From Candidatus Nanoarchaeia archaeon (lineage in GTDB: Archaea > Nanobdellota > Nanobdellia > Tiddalikarchaeales > Tiddalikarchaeaceae): a stretch of DNA of 64,000 nt. Both the position numbers and the translations under genes were made by a program. Position 1 is the first letter of the stretch. Each line of letters opens with the position of its first letter. The stretch lies in NCBI GenBank assembly GCA_041652755.1, contig JBAZGS010000007.1, forward strand, positions 1,687 to 65,686, written 5' to 3'. Under the pieces are notes generated by a model. The model saw only the letters and a list, made by a program, of their open reading frames with translations, did not search any database and was not told the origin of the DNA. Positions 52,602 to 61,418 of the stretch are shown one piece after another.

Positions 52602-53132
52602 TTAAAATAAGTTTTTTAGGCTTTCATAATAATCAAAGTAGATTTTTGCCAGCTCATCTGTTATTATTAAACCAATATTGCCATTAGGATGATGCAAAGA
52701 AATGAATGATAGATAAGAGTTATCGCTGCATTTTAGAAACATTCCATCAATTTTTGTAAAATCCTTTTCTTGAGGAATAATTGTTAAATTAAACTCTTTA
52801 TTATTGTATTGCTTGCACAAATTCTCTATTGATTCCTTATTGCATGCATTGCTTGAGGTTATCCTGCTAAAAGATTTTCCATTATACTTTAATGCCAAGT
52901 CTTTTTCGCCATAATAAGGATTTTCATTAAATGCTGTTGCAATTATTTCTCCTGTAAAATTTTCATATAAGTATTTTGCAGCAAAATAATTCTCTTTTCC
53001 CTTTAAAGAAAAAGAGTTATCATTCTCTTTTTTGTTTAGGGCAATTTTCAAATTTTTTAACAGTTCAGAGCTTTTCATGGTTTTACTTATATTATTAAAA
53101 TAAAACTTTTTAAAAAGATTTCTTTTATTCAT
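52602..53132 (-). CDS. Hypothetical protein (last gene of the MPE-kinase operon)
   Basis: 176-aa ORF whose start overlaps the kinase stop by 8 nt. Confidence 0.45.
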   Translation of the reverse strand: MNKRNLFKKFYFNNISKTMKSSELLKNLKIALNKKENDNSFSLKGKENYFAAKYLYENFTGEIIATAFNENPYYGEKDLALKYNGKSFSRITSSNACNKESIENLCKQYNNKEFNLTIIPQEKDFTKIDGMFLKCSDNSYLSFISLHHPNGNIGLIITDELAKIYFDYYESLKNLF

Positions 53133-53661
53133 TGTTTAGTTTTGAATTAATGAATTCTTCCAGTTTTTTGCCTGCAATGCTTGCATCAGGGCTGGAAGTG
53201 TCTATTATTATGTCTGCATGAGTGTCTATTCCTTGCTTTGCCCTTTCAATCCTTTTAATTATCTCTTCATTGCTTTCCCTTTTTCTTTCAGCCAATCTTT
53301 GCTTAATGATTTCAACTGGCACAGAGAATTCAACAATGTAGCTTTTATCCCATAATTTCTTGGCTTGACTGATTACATCCCTGCTGATATTTAAAATAAT
53401 GCTTGTGCCATTTAACAGATGAATTATTACATCCTCTTTTTTTACGCCGTATAGTTTGTCATATGATTCCCACCAAAGCGCATAGTCTTTTTTTATAAAC
53501 TCCTCTTTTTTTATGCTAATAAAATCTTCAGTGCTTGATGCTTCTCTTGTAATGTATCTTTTTGCTTTTTTTAAATTGCTTATTTTATTTAATGCATAGC
53601 TTATGGCAGTGTCTTTTCCGCTTGCGCTGTTGCCTACAATTAAGAATAATGAAGCATTCAT
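53125..53661 (-). CDS. P-loop kinase of the guanylate-kinase superfamily, PhnN-like (ribose 1,5-bisphosphate phosphokinase-like)
   Basis: GNSASGKDT, RYITREAS..E..I.....F, W..Y...YGV, LNISR....QAK, QRLAERKRES.EEI..R..RA parallel the PhnN blocks. Confidence 0.5.
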   Translation of the reverse strand: MNASLFLIVGNSASGKDTAISYALNKISNLKKAKRYITREASSTEDFISIKKEEFIKKDYALWWESYDKLYGVKKEDVIIHLLNGTSIILNISRDVISQAKKLWDKSYIVEFSVPVEIIKQRLAERKRESNEEIIKRIERAKQGIDTHADIIIDTSSPDASIAGKKLEEFINSKLNNE

Positions 53662-54263
53662 AGCTCAATTATTGCCCCTTTTTTGCCTAAATTTAATAGT
53701 TTGGTTTTTCCTAAGTAATCAGTCAATCCAAAAGTTTCATGAATATGGCCTGTAAGCACTAAGTCTGGCTTGTAGTTTAAGATGAACTCCCTTAGTTTAG
53801 TGCTTCCAACATGGTCCCAGCCAATATTGTCAAGTTTTGTGTTAAAAGGAGGCTCATGAGTTAGCAGTATTTTTTTCTTGTTTTTGAATTTAGAAAAATC
53901 TTTTTTTAGCTTAGATATTAGTTCTTTGTCGCTGAATCCAAAAGGGCTAAAATCAGTTCCTCCAATTCCAAAAACTACAAAATTTTCAAATTCCCTATAA
54001 TATGAATGAAGATTATAAACCTCTTTGCCGTACTGCTCTGATAAAAAATCAATATCACTTGGCGAGTCATGGTTGCCATGAACCATCATTACTGGAATGT
54101 TGGCTTTCTTGAAAGGCCCGATTATTCCTTCAATATTGCCACCCCATTCAATAATATCCCCTCCGAGTAATACCATGTCCACCTTGTTTTTTCTGGCTTT
54201 CTCTGCTAGTTTCTCTGATGCTATCCTGTCTGAATGCAAATCACTTGCTGCTAAGATTTTCAT
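53658..54263 (-). CDS. Calcineurin-like metallophosphoesterase
   Basis: SDLHSD, GGD, GNHD, THEPP, GHIH motifs. ATGA-type overlap with the kinase gene. Confidence 0.8.
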   Translation of the reverse strand: MKILAASDLHSDRIASEKLAEKARKNKVDMVLLGGDIIEWGGNIEGIIGPFKKANIPVMMVHGNHDSPSDIDFLSEQYGKEVYNLHSYYREFENFVVFGIGGTDFSPFGFSDKELISKLKKDFSKFKNKKKILLTHEPPFNTKLDNIGWDHVGSTKLREFILNYKPDLVLTGHIHETFGLTDYLGKTKLLNLGKKGAIIEL

Positions 54264-54365
54264 ATTATTAATTATTAGTCTTTTCTTTTTAAAAAAATTG
54301 CCAATTAAAAAGATTTACTTTAAAGTAGTAACATTTATAAAAAGATTTTTTTCATAGAATTATTC

Positions 54366-55220
54366 ATGGGAGAAGAATTAGAAAAAATATTGCTGGATAA
54401 TAATGAAATTATTAATTTTAAGAAAATGTTTGCTAATTTAAAGGAAAAAAGGCCTGAATACGCTGAAGTTTTGGGCACATTATTTGAATCAAGCTCGTAT
54501 TTAAATCCTCAAAATGTTTCAAACTATAGTTCTTATTTGGTTATAGGGGGCTATGCGGTGTTATTGAATTTAATAAAAAAAGCTCAGGAGTTATATAAAA
54601 ATACTGGTTTGGAAAAATATTCAGCTGAAAACATTATTTTAAAATGGAGAGGCTCACACGATGTTGATTTGGTGGGTGATGAAACTTCTGAAAAAAAATT
54701 GCCTTCGCATATATTTAATCAATTTGAGTCAAGCAATCATAATCTTGTAAAGACAAAAAAATGCAGCTTTAATTACGTTGGGCCTGCAAAAAATAAAGAA
54801 TCTGAAGGAATTCATGGAGATATTTATATAATTCCTTTTGGAAAAAAAGTGAAAATAGCTAATGCTGAATTTGAAAGAGATTATGAAACTGGATTTAAGC
54901 ACGAAACAGTAAATCTTTATGGAATTAATATTTTTATCCCTAAAGTAAGCGATTTGATTAAATCAAAAATCACGGATTTTAAAGATGAAAAAACAATTGA
55001 ACAAATTTATGAAAAAATAAAAAACAAAAGGCAAAGAGATTTGGTTGATATTATAAATATTATAAATTCTTCAGATTCAAAACTTAATTTCAATGAATTT
55101 AATGAAAAGGAAAGGCAGCTTGTTGAGTTCATATATAAAACTGGCAAAAAATTTTCAGAAGAGATGTTTTTTAAAGACATTTATCTAAATAATAAGATGA
55201 AAATATCATGGCAGAAATAA
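54366..55220 (+). CDS. Hypothetical protein with nucleotidyltransferase-fold (AbiEii/DUF1814-like) signature
   Basis: LVIGGYAVLLNL...(x)...WRGSHDVDLVGD resembles GG.A......R.S.DiD. Confidence 0.3.
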   Translation: MGEELEKILLDNNEIINFKKMFANLKEKRPEYAEVLGTLFESSSYLNPQNVSNYSSYLVIGGYAVLLNLIKKAQELYKNTGLEKYSAENIILKWRGSHDVDLVGDETSEKKLPSHIFNQFESSNHNLVKTKKCSFNYVGPAKNKESEGIHGDIYIIPFGKKVKIANAEFERDYETGFKHETVNLYGINIFIPKVSDLIKSKITDFKDEKTIEQIYEKIKNKRQRDLVDIINIINSSDSKLNFNEFNEKERQLVEFIYKTGKKFSEEMFFKDIYLNNKMKISWQK

Positions 55221-55552
55221 TTGAAAAACTTAAAAAATCTGATTTCAAATGGCTAGCAACAGGCAGATTCGCAATAGACAATATTTTATCCAATAAGTTA
55301 GAACAAATTGATTGTTTTTCAATTATAGTCCCTGAAAGCGATAAAAAAAAATGTGACAATTACATTAAAAATAATAATATTTTAAATATCAATATTATTT
55401 ATTCGAAATGTTTGGATAATGAGTATTTTTTATTGAATGGAATCCAAACTGTTTTTGATGAAAAAAATCTTGAAGAAACTGCTCCGAGATATTATAGTAA
55501 CAATAAAATTTTGTTAAAAAAAAAGATTGAAGAGTACAGAAAAATGTATTAA
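55208..55552 (+). CDS. Hypothetical protein, overlaps the preceding gene by 13 nt
   Basis: 114-aa ORF, likely translationally coupled. Confidence 0.35.
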   Translation: MAEIIEKLKKSDFKWLATGRFAIDNILSNKLEQIDCFSIIVPESDKKKCDNYIKNNNILNINIIYSKCLDNEYFLLNGIQTVFDEKNLEETAPRYYSNNKILLKKKIEEYRKMY

Positions 55553-55577
55553 ATGGATGATTTAATCATAAGAATAT

Positions 55578-56906
55578 TTATTTTTTTAAGATTACGCTTT
55601 CCCCGTTCTTTAGCATTTTTATATTACTTGGTTTGTATCCTTCTTCTTTTGCTAACTCTGCTCCGCTTTTCAGCTTCTCTGGAGTTCCATGGCTTGGAAT
55701 GTAAAATTTAGGCTTAACCATTTTTATCAAATCCCTGTGGTCCTCCCTTGCTGCGTGGCCGCTTGCATGAAAATCCAAATAAATCCTTACGCCTTTATTT
55801 TTCAGCTGCTTTTCCAAATTTGCCCTGTTAGTTATGCATTCAGGAACTGGAATTGTTTCGCTGCAAAATACTACTATGTCATCTTGCTCGAATTTTAATG
55901 GCAGTTCATCTTTTGCCATTCTTGAAAGCATTGAATTCGGCTCGCCTTGGTTTCCTGTCATCACTAGTAAGAATTTGTCTTTTCCAACCCTTTTAATCCT
56001 ATTAAAGGCTTCGGCGACTTCAGCATTAAAAGATGCTATTTTTGCCTTTGAAAAATCTATTAATTTAGCATTAGTGCTTGCTTGCAGATAATTCTTCATG
56101 CTTCTTCCAAAAATTATTGGAGTTCTTCCCATTTTTTTAGAAATTTCTATAATGTTGTTAATCCTTATGCAGTGGCTTGCGAAAGTTGTGAGCACAACTA
56201 ATTTTTTCTTTGATTTAAGGTTAAGCAATAAGTCTTTTATCATTTCACGCACTATTGACTCGCTGAAAGTCCTTCCTGGATTGTCTATCCTAGTGGAGTC
56301 ATCAAGCAATGCGAGAACTCCCTGGTTTCCTAATTGCTTAAGCCTGTCATAATTAGTTTTTGAGCCATAAGTAGGGTTGTCATCAAATTTGAAATCGTTG
56401 GTGTAAATTATTACTCCATCAGGAGTATGGATTGCAATTATTACTGACTGAAGAGTTGAATGCGTTGTGTAGATGAATTCTATCTTGAAATTTTTGCTAA
56501 CACTGAAGGATTTTCCAGCATTAAGCCTTACAATCTTGTTTTTTATCTTTTCTTTCTGATTTTTTTCTAAGTTTTTTAATACTTCATAAGAAAAAGGAGT
56601 TATTATTATTGGGCATGAATATTTGTTAGAAATCTTTGCAACTGCACCTAAATGATCTAAATGGGCATGGCTGCAAGTTATTGCTTTAACCATTGGACCT
56701 AATTTTTTAAATACTTCCCTGTCATCAGGCAAAACCTCTAGTTCCAATAACTTATTATTGCTTAATTCTGAACTATCCCCTTCATAATCCATTAATTTGC
56801 TAACATCAATGCCCATATCAATGATTATTGCTTCATTGCCGCATTTTATTGCAGTCATATTCTTGCCAATGCCAGAATAACCTCCAACTGCATAGATTTC
56901 TATCAT
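55578..56906 (-). CDS. rnj: Archaeal RNase J (metallo-beta-lactamase / beta-CASP ribonuclease)
   Basis: CSHAHLDHLGA (HxHxDH), DST, beta-CASP region, ASGHA, HG.P. 442 aa. Confidence 0.8.
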   Translation of the reverse strand: MIEIYAVGGYSGIGKNMTAIKCGNEAIIIDMGIDVSKLMDYEGDSSELSNNKLLELEVLPDDREVFKKLGPMVKAITCSHAHLDHLGAVAKISNKYSCPIIITPFSYEVLKNLEKNQKEKIKNKIVRLNAGKSFSVSKNFKIEFIYTTHSTLQSVIIAIHTPDGVIIYTNDFKFDDNPTYGSKTNYDRLKQLGNQGVLALLDDSTRIDNPGRTFSESIVREMIKDLLLNLKSKKKLVVLTTFASHCIRINNIIEISKKMGRTPIIFGRSMKNYLQASTNAKLIDFSKAKIASFNAEVAEAFNRIKRVGKDKFLLVMTGNQGEPNSMLSRMAKDELPLKFEQDDIVVFCSETIPVPECITNRANLEKQLKNKGVRIYLDFHASGHAAREDHRDLIKMVKPKFYIPSHGTPEKLKSGAELAKEEGYKPSNIKMLKNGESVILKK

Positions 56907-57095
56907 TTATTAAACACGTCTCTGTTAATTTATTAAGTTTTGGTAAAGAATTTTTTGATTGTCTAAAAAATTTCCCTAACAATTTTTTTAATAAACTTAT
57001 TAGGAAAGTTAATCTTTTTAAAGATTACCTATTAATAAAAAAAAGATTTATATAGTATTAAGCGATATATATTTGAGAAAAGGTTTTGTGGTATC

Positions 57096-57650
57096 ATGAT
57101 TTTAGTAGTAAATAATGGGTCAAGATATATGAAGACTCTTCTTGTTAGGCTAAGGGAGTTCAGGATTAAGTTCAGAGTAAGCGATTATTATAATACTTTG
57201 CCAAAATTCTCAAGGTATAATGGAATAATTCTTTCAGGTGGAACTAATTTTATAAAAGAAAGGTATGATTTTATTAAGGGTATAATTGAAAACACTAATA
57301 TTCCTGTTCTTGGAATCTGCATTGGAAGCGAATACATTGCAAACACTTTTGGAGGAAAAACCATTCATGATATTCCTGAAAATGAAGGATTCTATGACGT
57401 AATGGTTTTAAAACCTAATAAATTAACTGGGGATGTGAAGATTCTTAAAGGAATGGATTGCCATCAGCATAAAATTGTTGAATTGCCTAAAAATTTTGAA
57501 ACTTTGGCAGCAAGCATGTATTCAAGGTTTGACATAATAAAGCACAAGGATAAGGAGATTTATGGTGTGCAGTTTCATCCTGAAAACAACGAGGTTGGAA
57601 GGGCTTTAATGGAGAATTTCCTAAAAAAAATCTGCAAAGAGACGCAATAA
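57096..57650 (+). CDS. Class I glutamine amidotransferase (GMP synthase subunit A-like)
   Basis: GILSGG, nucleophile elbow GICIGSE, GVQFHPE. 184 aa. Confidence 0.6.
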   Translation: MILVVNNGSRYMKTLLVRLREFRIKFRVSDYYNTLPKFSRYNGIILSGGTNFIKERYDFIKGIIENTNIPVLGICIGSEYIANTFGGKTIHDIPENEGFYDVMVLKPNKLTGDVKILKGMDCHQHKIVELPKNFETLAASMYSRFDIIKHKDKEIYGVQFHPENNEVGRALMENFLKKICKETQ

Positions 57651-57651
57651 A
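57617..57651 (+). repeat. 35-bp direct repeat, left copy (includes the last codons and stop of the amidotransferase gene)
   Basis: tttcctaaaaaaaatctgcaaagagacgcaataaa. Confidence 0.9.
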
Positions 57652-57656
57652 GATTA

Positions 57657-58040
57657 TTATTTAGTATTCCAATATTCATTAAGATATGAAATTTTATTAT
57701 TTTTCATTTTTAATATCATTATTCCTACCATTTTGTCTTTTTTCCATTTTTTTTCATTTTTTATTTTATATTCATTATTACATTCCCATTCAGCAAAACC
57801 TGTTTTTTCATCTTTAGATACATAACATTTTCCTAATTTAAATTTAATATTTTTCGTATTTTTTTTAACGTTATTTTCCCAGAATTTTTTAATTTCTTCA
57901 TGTCCTTTGTAAGGTTTTGATAATGGACTTTCTTGATAAATTCCTTTTTTTGTAAAACACTCTAGGATTAAATTTGAATCTTGATTTTCCCATGATTTTT
58001 TATATTTTTTCATCACTTTTTTAATTTGAATAATTTTCAT
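57657..58040 (-). CDS. SnoaL-like / NTF2-fold protein
   Basis: W.N.D...I.ECFT..G.Y.ESP....KGHEEI..FW pattern of SnoaL-like domains. Confidence 0.55.
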   Translation of the reverse strand: MKIIQIKKVMKKYKKSWENQDSNLILECFTKKGIYQESPLSKPYKGHEEIKKFWENNVKKNTKNIKFKLGKCYVSKDEKTGFAEWECNNEYKIKNEKKWKKDKMVGIMILKMKNNKISYLNEYWNTK

Positions 58041-58076
58041 ATTAAAAAATATTAATCAATTATTTATTAATATTTA

Positions 58077-58111
58077 TTTCCTCAAAAAAATCTGCAAAGA
58101 GACGCAATAAA
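58077..58111 (+). repeat. 35-bp direct repeat, right copy
   Basis: tttcctcaaaaaaatctgcaaagagacgcaataaa. One mismatch to the left copy. Confidence 0.9.
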
Positions 58112-58113
58112 AA

Positions 58114-58125
58114 CCTTTAAAAATA
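58114..58125 (+). promoter_or_regulatory. TATA-like box for 5S rRNA
   Basis: cctttaaaaata is centred ~26 nt upstream of the 5S 5' end. Confidence 0.45.
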
Positions 58126-58145
58126 ATAAGTAATCTAATTATTCT

Positions 58146-58263
58146 TGTTAGCGGCCATAGATTAAGGGGAAACACCTGTTCCCGTTTCGATCACAGAAGT
58201 TAAGCCTTTAACCGTTATCAAACAGTACTCCGGAATACGGGGGAACTTGGTAAGCTGCTAACA
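58146..58263 (+). rRNA. rrf: 5S ribosomal RNA (unlinked to 16S/23S in this window)
   Basis: Helix I UGUUAGCGGC/GCUGCUAACA. Conserved GCGGCCAUAG...CACCUGUUCCCGUUUCGAUCACAGAAGUUAAGC...GUACU...GGGAAC. Confidence 0.9.
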
Positions 58264-58268
58264 TCCTC

Positions 58269-58274
58269 TTTTTT
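58269..58274 (+). terminator. Oligo-T terminator after 5S rRNA
   Basis: T6 run starts 6 nt after the 5S 3' end. Confidence 0.4.
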
Positions 58275-58322
58275 ATAATTAAATCAAAAATTTTAAAATA
58301 CCTTTAAGTATTTAGTTTGTTT

Positions 58323-58955
58323 ATGGCTAAGGGTTTTTTTGACGGATTGAAAAGCTTTTTTTCTAAGCTTTTTGGAAAGCAAAAGCAAATAAGATTAGGC
58401 TGTTATGGCAGCCCTAATGCAGGAAAAACCACTTTGGCTAATAATATTTCTAAGGAGTTCTTGGGCAAAGAGGTTGGAAAAGTAAGCAATATTCCTCATG
58501 AAACAAGGGAAGTCACTGAAATTGAGCATATTGAAATGAGCAATAACGGGAAAAAATTGGTGATTAATCTAGTTGACACTCCTGGAATTGCAACAAAAAT
58601 TGATTTTGAAGACTTCATCAAGCATGGAGTTAAGAAGAAAGATGCAAAAATTAGGGCAAAGGAAGCTACTAAAGGAATAATTGAAGCAATAAAATGGCTG
58701 GATAAAATGGATGTTGTTTTGGTTGTTATTGATTCAACCCTTGACCCCTACAATCAAGTTAATCTGACAATTTTGGGCAACTTAGAAGCTAGAAAGATTC
58801 CTGTAATAATTGTTGCGAACAAGATTGACTTAAAAAATTCTAATATTGAAAGGGTGAAAGAGATGTTTCCTCAGTACGAGATTGTTGGAATAAGCGCAAA
58901 AACCGGAAAAAACATGGATGAATTATACAAAACTATTTTCAAGGTGGCAAAATGA
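58323..58955 (+). CDS. Small TRAFAC-class GTPase (Era/EngB-like core)
   Basis: G1 GSPNAGKTT, G3 DTPG, G4 NKID, G5 SAK. The ATG at 58323 is preferred over the TTG at 58317. Confidence 0.7.
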   Translation: MAKGFFDGLKSFFSKLFGKQKQIRLGCYGSPNAGKTTLANNISKEFLGKEVGKVSNIPHETREVTEIEHIEMSNNGKKLVINLVDTPGIATKIDFEDFIKHGVKKKDAKIRAKEATKGIIEAIKWLDKMDVVLVVIDSTLDPYNQVNLTILGNLEARKIPVIIVANKIDLKNSNIERVKEMFPQYEIVGISAKTGKNMDELYKTIFKVAK

Positions 58956-59332
58956 CTAATATAAATAATATGAAGATTGATTTGGAATTTATTCCTTTTG
59001 AAATATTAAAAACAATGGATTTAGAGCAGCAAGTTAAATTCATAATCAAAAAAACTAAAGACAGCAAAATCTTGATTTTTGACTCCCAGTTAACCCCCCA
59101 AGAAGAAGCTAAGCTGATAAGCGAGACAATGAAGCATATTGACAAAAAGTTTTCAGGAATAGAAATTTGCTCACTTCACATGGATAAGGCTGAAACTTGG
59201 ATTGATAAGACTAAATCTTTCATTTTTAAGACTTTAACTGGAAAGATGAGAGGAACAAGCATTATTGGCCCTGCCAAGATTATTAAGCAGATTAAAAGGG
59301 ATCCTGAAAGCATCAGCATATTGATGAAGTAA
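58952..59332 (+). CDS. Conserved archaeal partner protein (DUF2073-like), translationally coupled to the GTPase
   Basis: ATGA overlap with the GTPase stop. ILIFDSQLTPQEEAKLISETM..I...FSGIE block resembles my recollection of DUF2073. Confidence 0.4.
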   Translation: MTNINNMKIDLEFIPFEILKTMDLEQQVKFIIKKTKDSKILIFDSQLTPQEEAKLISETMKHIDKKFSGIEICSLHMDKAETWIDKTKSFIFKTLTGKMRGTSIIGPAKIIKQIKRDPESISILMK

Positions 59333-59386
59333 CACCCTATTAGTGGTAGATAAGGCTTTATAAAACCAAATGACTATTTTTTTAGC

Positions 59387-60460
59387 ATGAATAAGCAATT
59401 AATTGGGCTTGAAAATTATTTTAAGAATAATAAGGAGACCTCAATAAGGGATTATGTTTTAAAATTGGATGACAAAATAAACATTGACAATTATTCTAAT
59501 GAGCAGCTAAAGCAATATATTGAAAGCAATTATAATATCACTTTTTCAAAAAGAAACAGCAAAGGAAAAGATTATGTTAACTATAACACTTTCAGAAAAA
59601 TTACTGGAGAAGTTAGGACTAAAAAAAAGATTTATATTGATATTCAAAAATTGTTTTTGGAGAAAAAAGACCAGCAGAGAGCAAAAACTTATGAAGAAAT
59701 CAAGCAATTATTATTTGACCACAGATTAAACTATGGACTAGAGTCTCTTTGGAAAACTGCAGATACTGAAGAATTATGCGGAAAATTAGGTTACTCTGTT
59801 GAAGAGTTAAGTGATAGGATAAATTTGGATATGAGCTCAATTTTAGAAAAATATTACTTGCTTGATGAAAAAAGAATTGAGCACTATATAGTTAATGCAA
59901 AAAAAGCCTTGAAAGAGAATAATTTATCACAAGCGTATAAGCTGAATGAAGAGATAAATAAGGAGATTTTTGCAAAAATTGGATACAAAAACTTGGAGAA
60001 TTTAATAAACGCTTCAAATGTTTACACTGGAAAAAATAAGATAATCCTAAAAAAAGCTAATTCGGATCAGCTTGAAATCATGCTTAACAATAATAAAATA
60101 AGTTTAATTAAGCAAGTGCAAAAAGAGCTTGGTTTAGCTATTGACCCTAATGATATTAATGGGCAAATGTCTAAGCTTATGGTTTTAAGCGATGGAGAAA
60201 AAATGGTTACAGGAAGCTTTGATGCAAATGGGACTTTTAGAACTGAAATAAAGGATTATTTTGCAGTGAATGAAGAATCAATTTTCAATAATATAATAAA
60301 GTATGAATCCTCTAATTTAAAAAAGATGAGCTCTGATTTTGATCCGAAAGTTTTAGTTTCAGCCCTTGCTGAAAACTATGCTTTAGTAATGCAGGGAAAC
60401 CATAATATCAGCTTTGAAGATTTAGTTGATAAACATTCAAGGAAAGTAATCAAAATTTAA
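59387..60460 (+). CDS. Hypothetical protein
   Basis: 357-aa ORF preceded by ctttataaaa ~25 nt upstream. No motif recognised. Confidence 0.45.
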   Translation: MNKQLIGLENYFKNNKETSIRDYVLKLDDKINIDNYSNEQLKQYIESNYNITFSKRNSKGKDYVNYNTFRKITGEVRTKKKIYIDIQKLFLEKKDQQRAKTYEEIKQLLFDHRLNYGLESLWKTADTEELCGKLGYSVEELSDRINLDMSSILEKYYLLDEKRIEHYIVNAKKALKENNLSQAYKLNEEINKEIFAKIGYKNLENLINASNVYTGKNKIILKKANSDQLEIMLNNNKISLIKQVQKELGLAIDPNDINGQMSKLMVLSDGEKMVTGSFDANGTFRTEIKDYFAVNEESIFNNIIKYESSNLKKMSSDFDPKVLVSALAENYALVMQGNHNISFEDLVDKHSRKVIKI

Positions 60461-61331
60461 TTAAGTTTTCTTTCTCTGCAACTCTTATATCTTGATTAAC
60501 ATAAACAGTGTTCTCATTAGTTTTCAGGAAATCTAATGTTTTGCTAACACTTGAAACCTCTGGAAATGCTTTTTTTAAAAAATGCTCTAGGAATAACCTG
60601 TGGGGCTCTCCAACAATTATGTTAACTGTTTCAGGATTAAATGACTCTTTGACTTTATAGTATGTTTTATTGAACGTTAAAGGATTAATGTACAATTTTT
60701 CGTCTTTAGTGTATTCAAAGCTTACGTTTATCATATCTTCCAATACTTCTTTTGAAATGCTTGGCTTTGTTTGCTGCAGCTCAGAGCCGGAGTAAAGGAA
60801 ATAATAAGCCAATACTTCCTCTAAGAATTTTAGCTTATTGCCTTGGGAGTAGATTTTTTTTAAGTATTCTATTTTGCTTAGTTTTCTAAACAATTCATCC
60901 ATTTTTATTACTCTGGAATCAATAGTTCCTTGGTACTCTCTTAAAATTTCTAGGGCATTATTTGTTATTGCTACGCTTCTGTTAAATCTCACTAAATCCT
61001 CAACTTCTCTGTTTTTATAGCTAAATTTATCAATGCACCCTATGGGCAGGCAATAGACATATCTGTCTTTTATTTTGTAAATCATTTTAAGAATCATTGG
61101 ATTAACCCTGAACCCTAGGTTAGTGTTGAAGTAGTTGTTAACATATTGTGTGAATTGGTTTTCTGTTGAAAAATAATCCTCATGCCTATTGTTTAAAATA
61201 TTGTAGATTAAATTATTTGTGTCTTTTTTTACTGGCAGTTCTATTAATAAATAAGAGCTTTTGCCTAGGTTTTGTATCCAAAGAGGAACATTTTCGCACC
61301 TGTCATTTATTCCATTAATCTGGATTTTCAT
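60450..61331 (-). CDS. Hypothetical protein (start probably at the internal Met MKIQING; the track ORF extends to 61475)
   Basis: The long ORF would overlap the divergent nuclease gene by 57 nt if started at 61475. Confidence 0.4.
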   Translation of the reverse strand: MKIQINGINDRCENVPLWIQNLGKSSYLLIELPVKKDTNNLIYNILNNRHEDYFSTENQFTQYVNNYFNTNLGFRVNPMILKMIYKIKDRYVYCLPIGCIDKFSYKNREVEDLVRFNRSVAITNNALEILREYQGTIDSRVIKMDELFRKLSKIEYLKKIYSQGNKLKFLEEVLAYYFLYSGSELQQTKPSISKEVLEDMINVSFEYTKDEKLYINPLTFNKTYYKVKESFNPETVNIIVGEPHRLFLEHFLKKAFPEVSSVSKTLDFLKTNENTVYVNQDIRVAEKENLIKF

Positions 61332-61418
61332 GGGTTTATTGTAAAGAAATGTTTTTAAAAATATTGCCTTAAAGGAAGCTTTATCTATAATCTTATTTTG
61401 CCTAAAATTTTGATTTAA

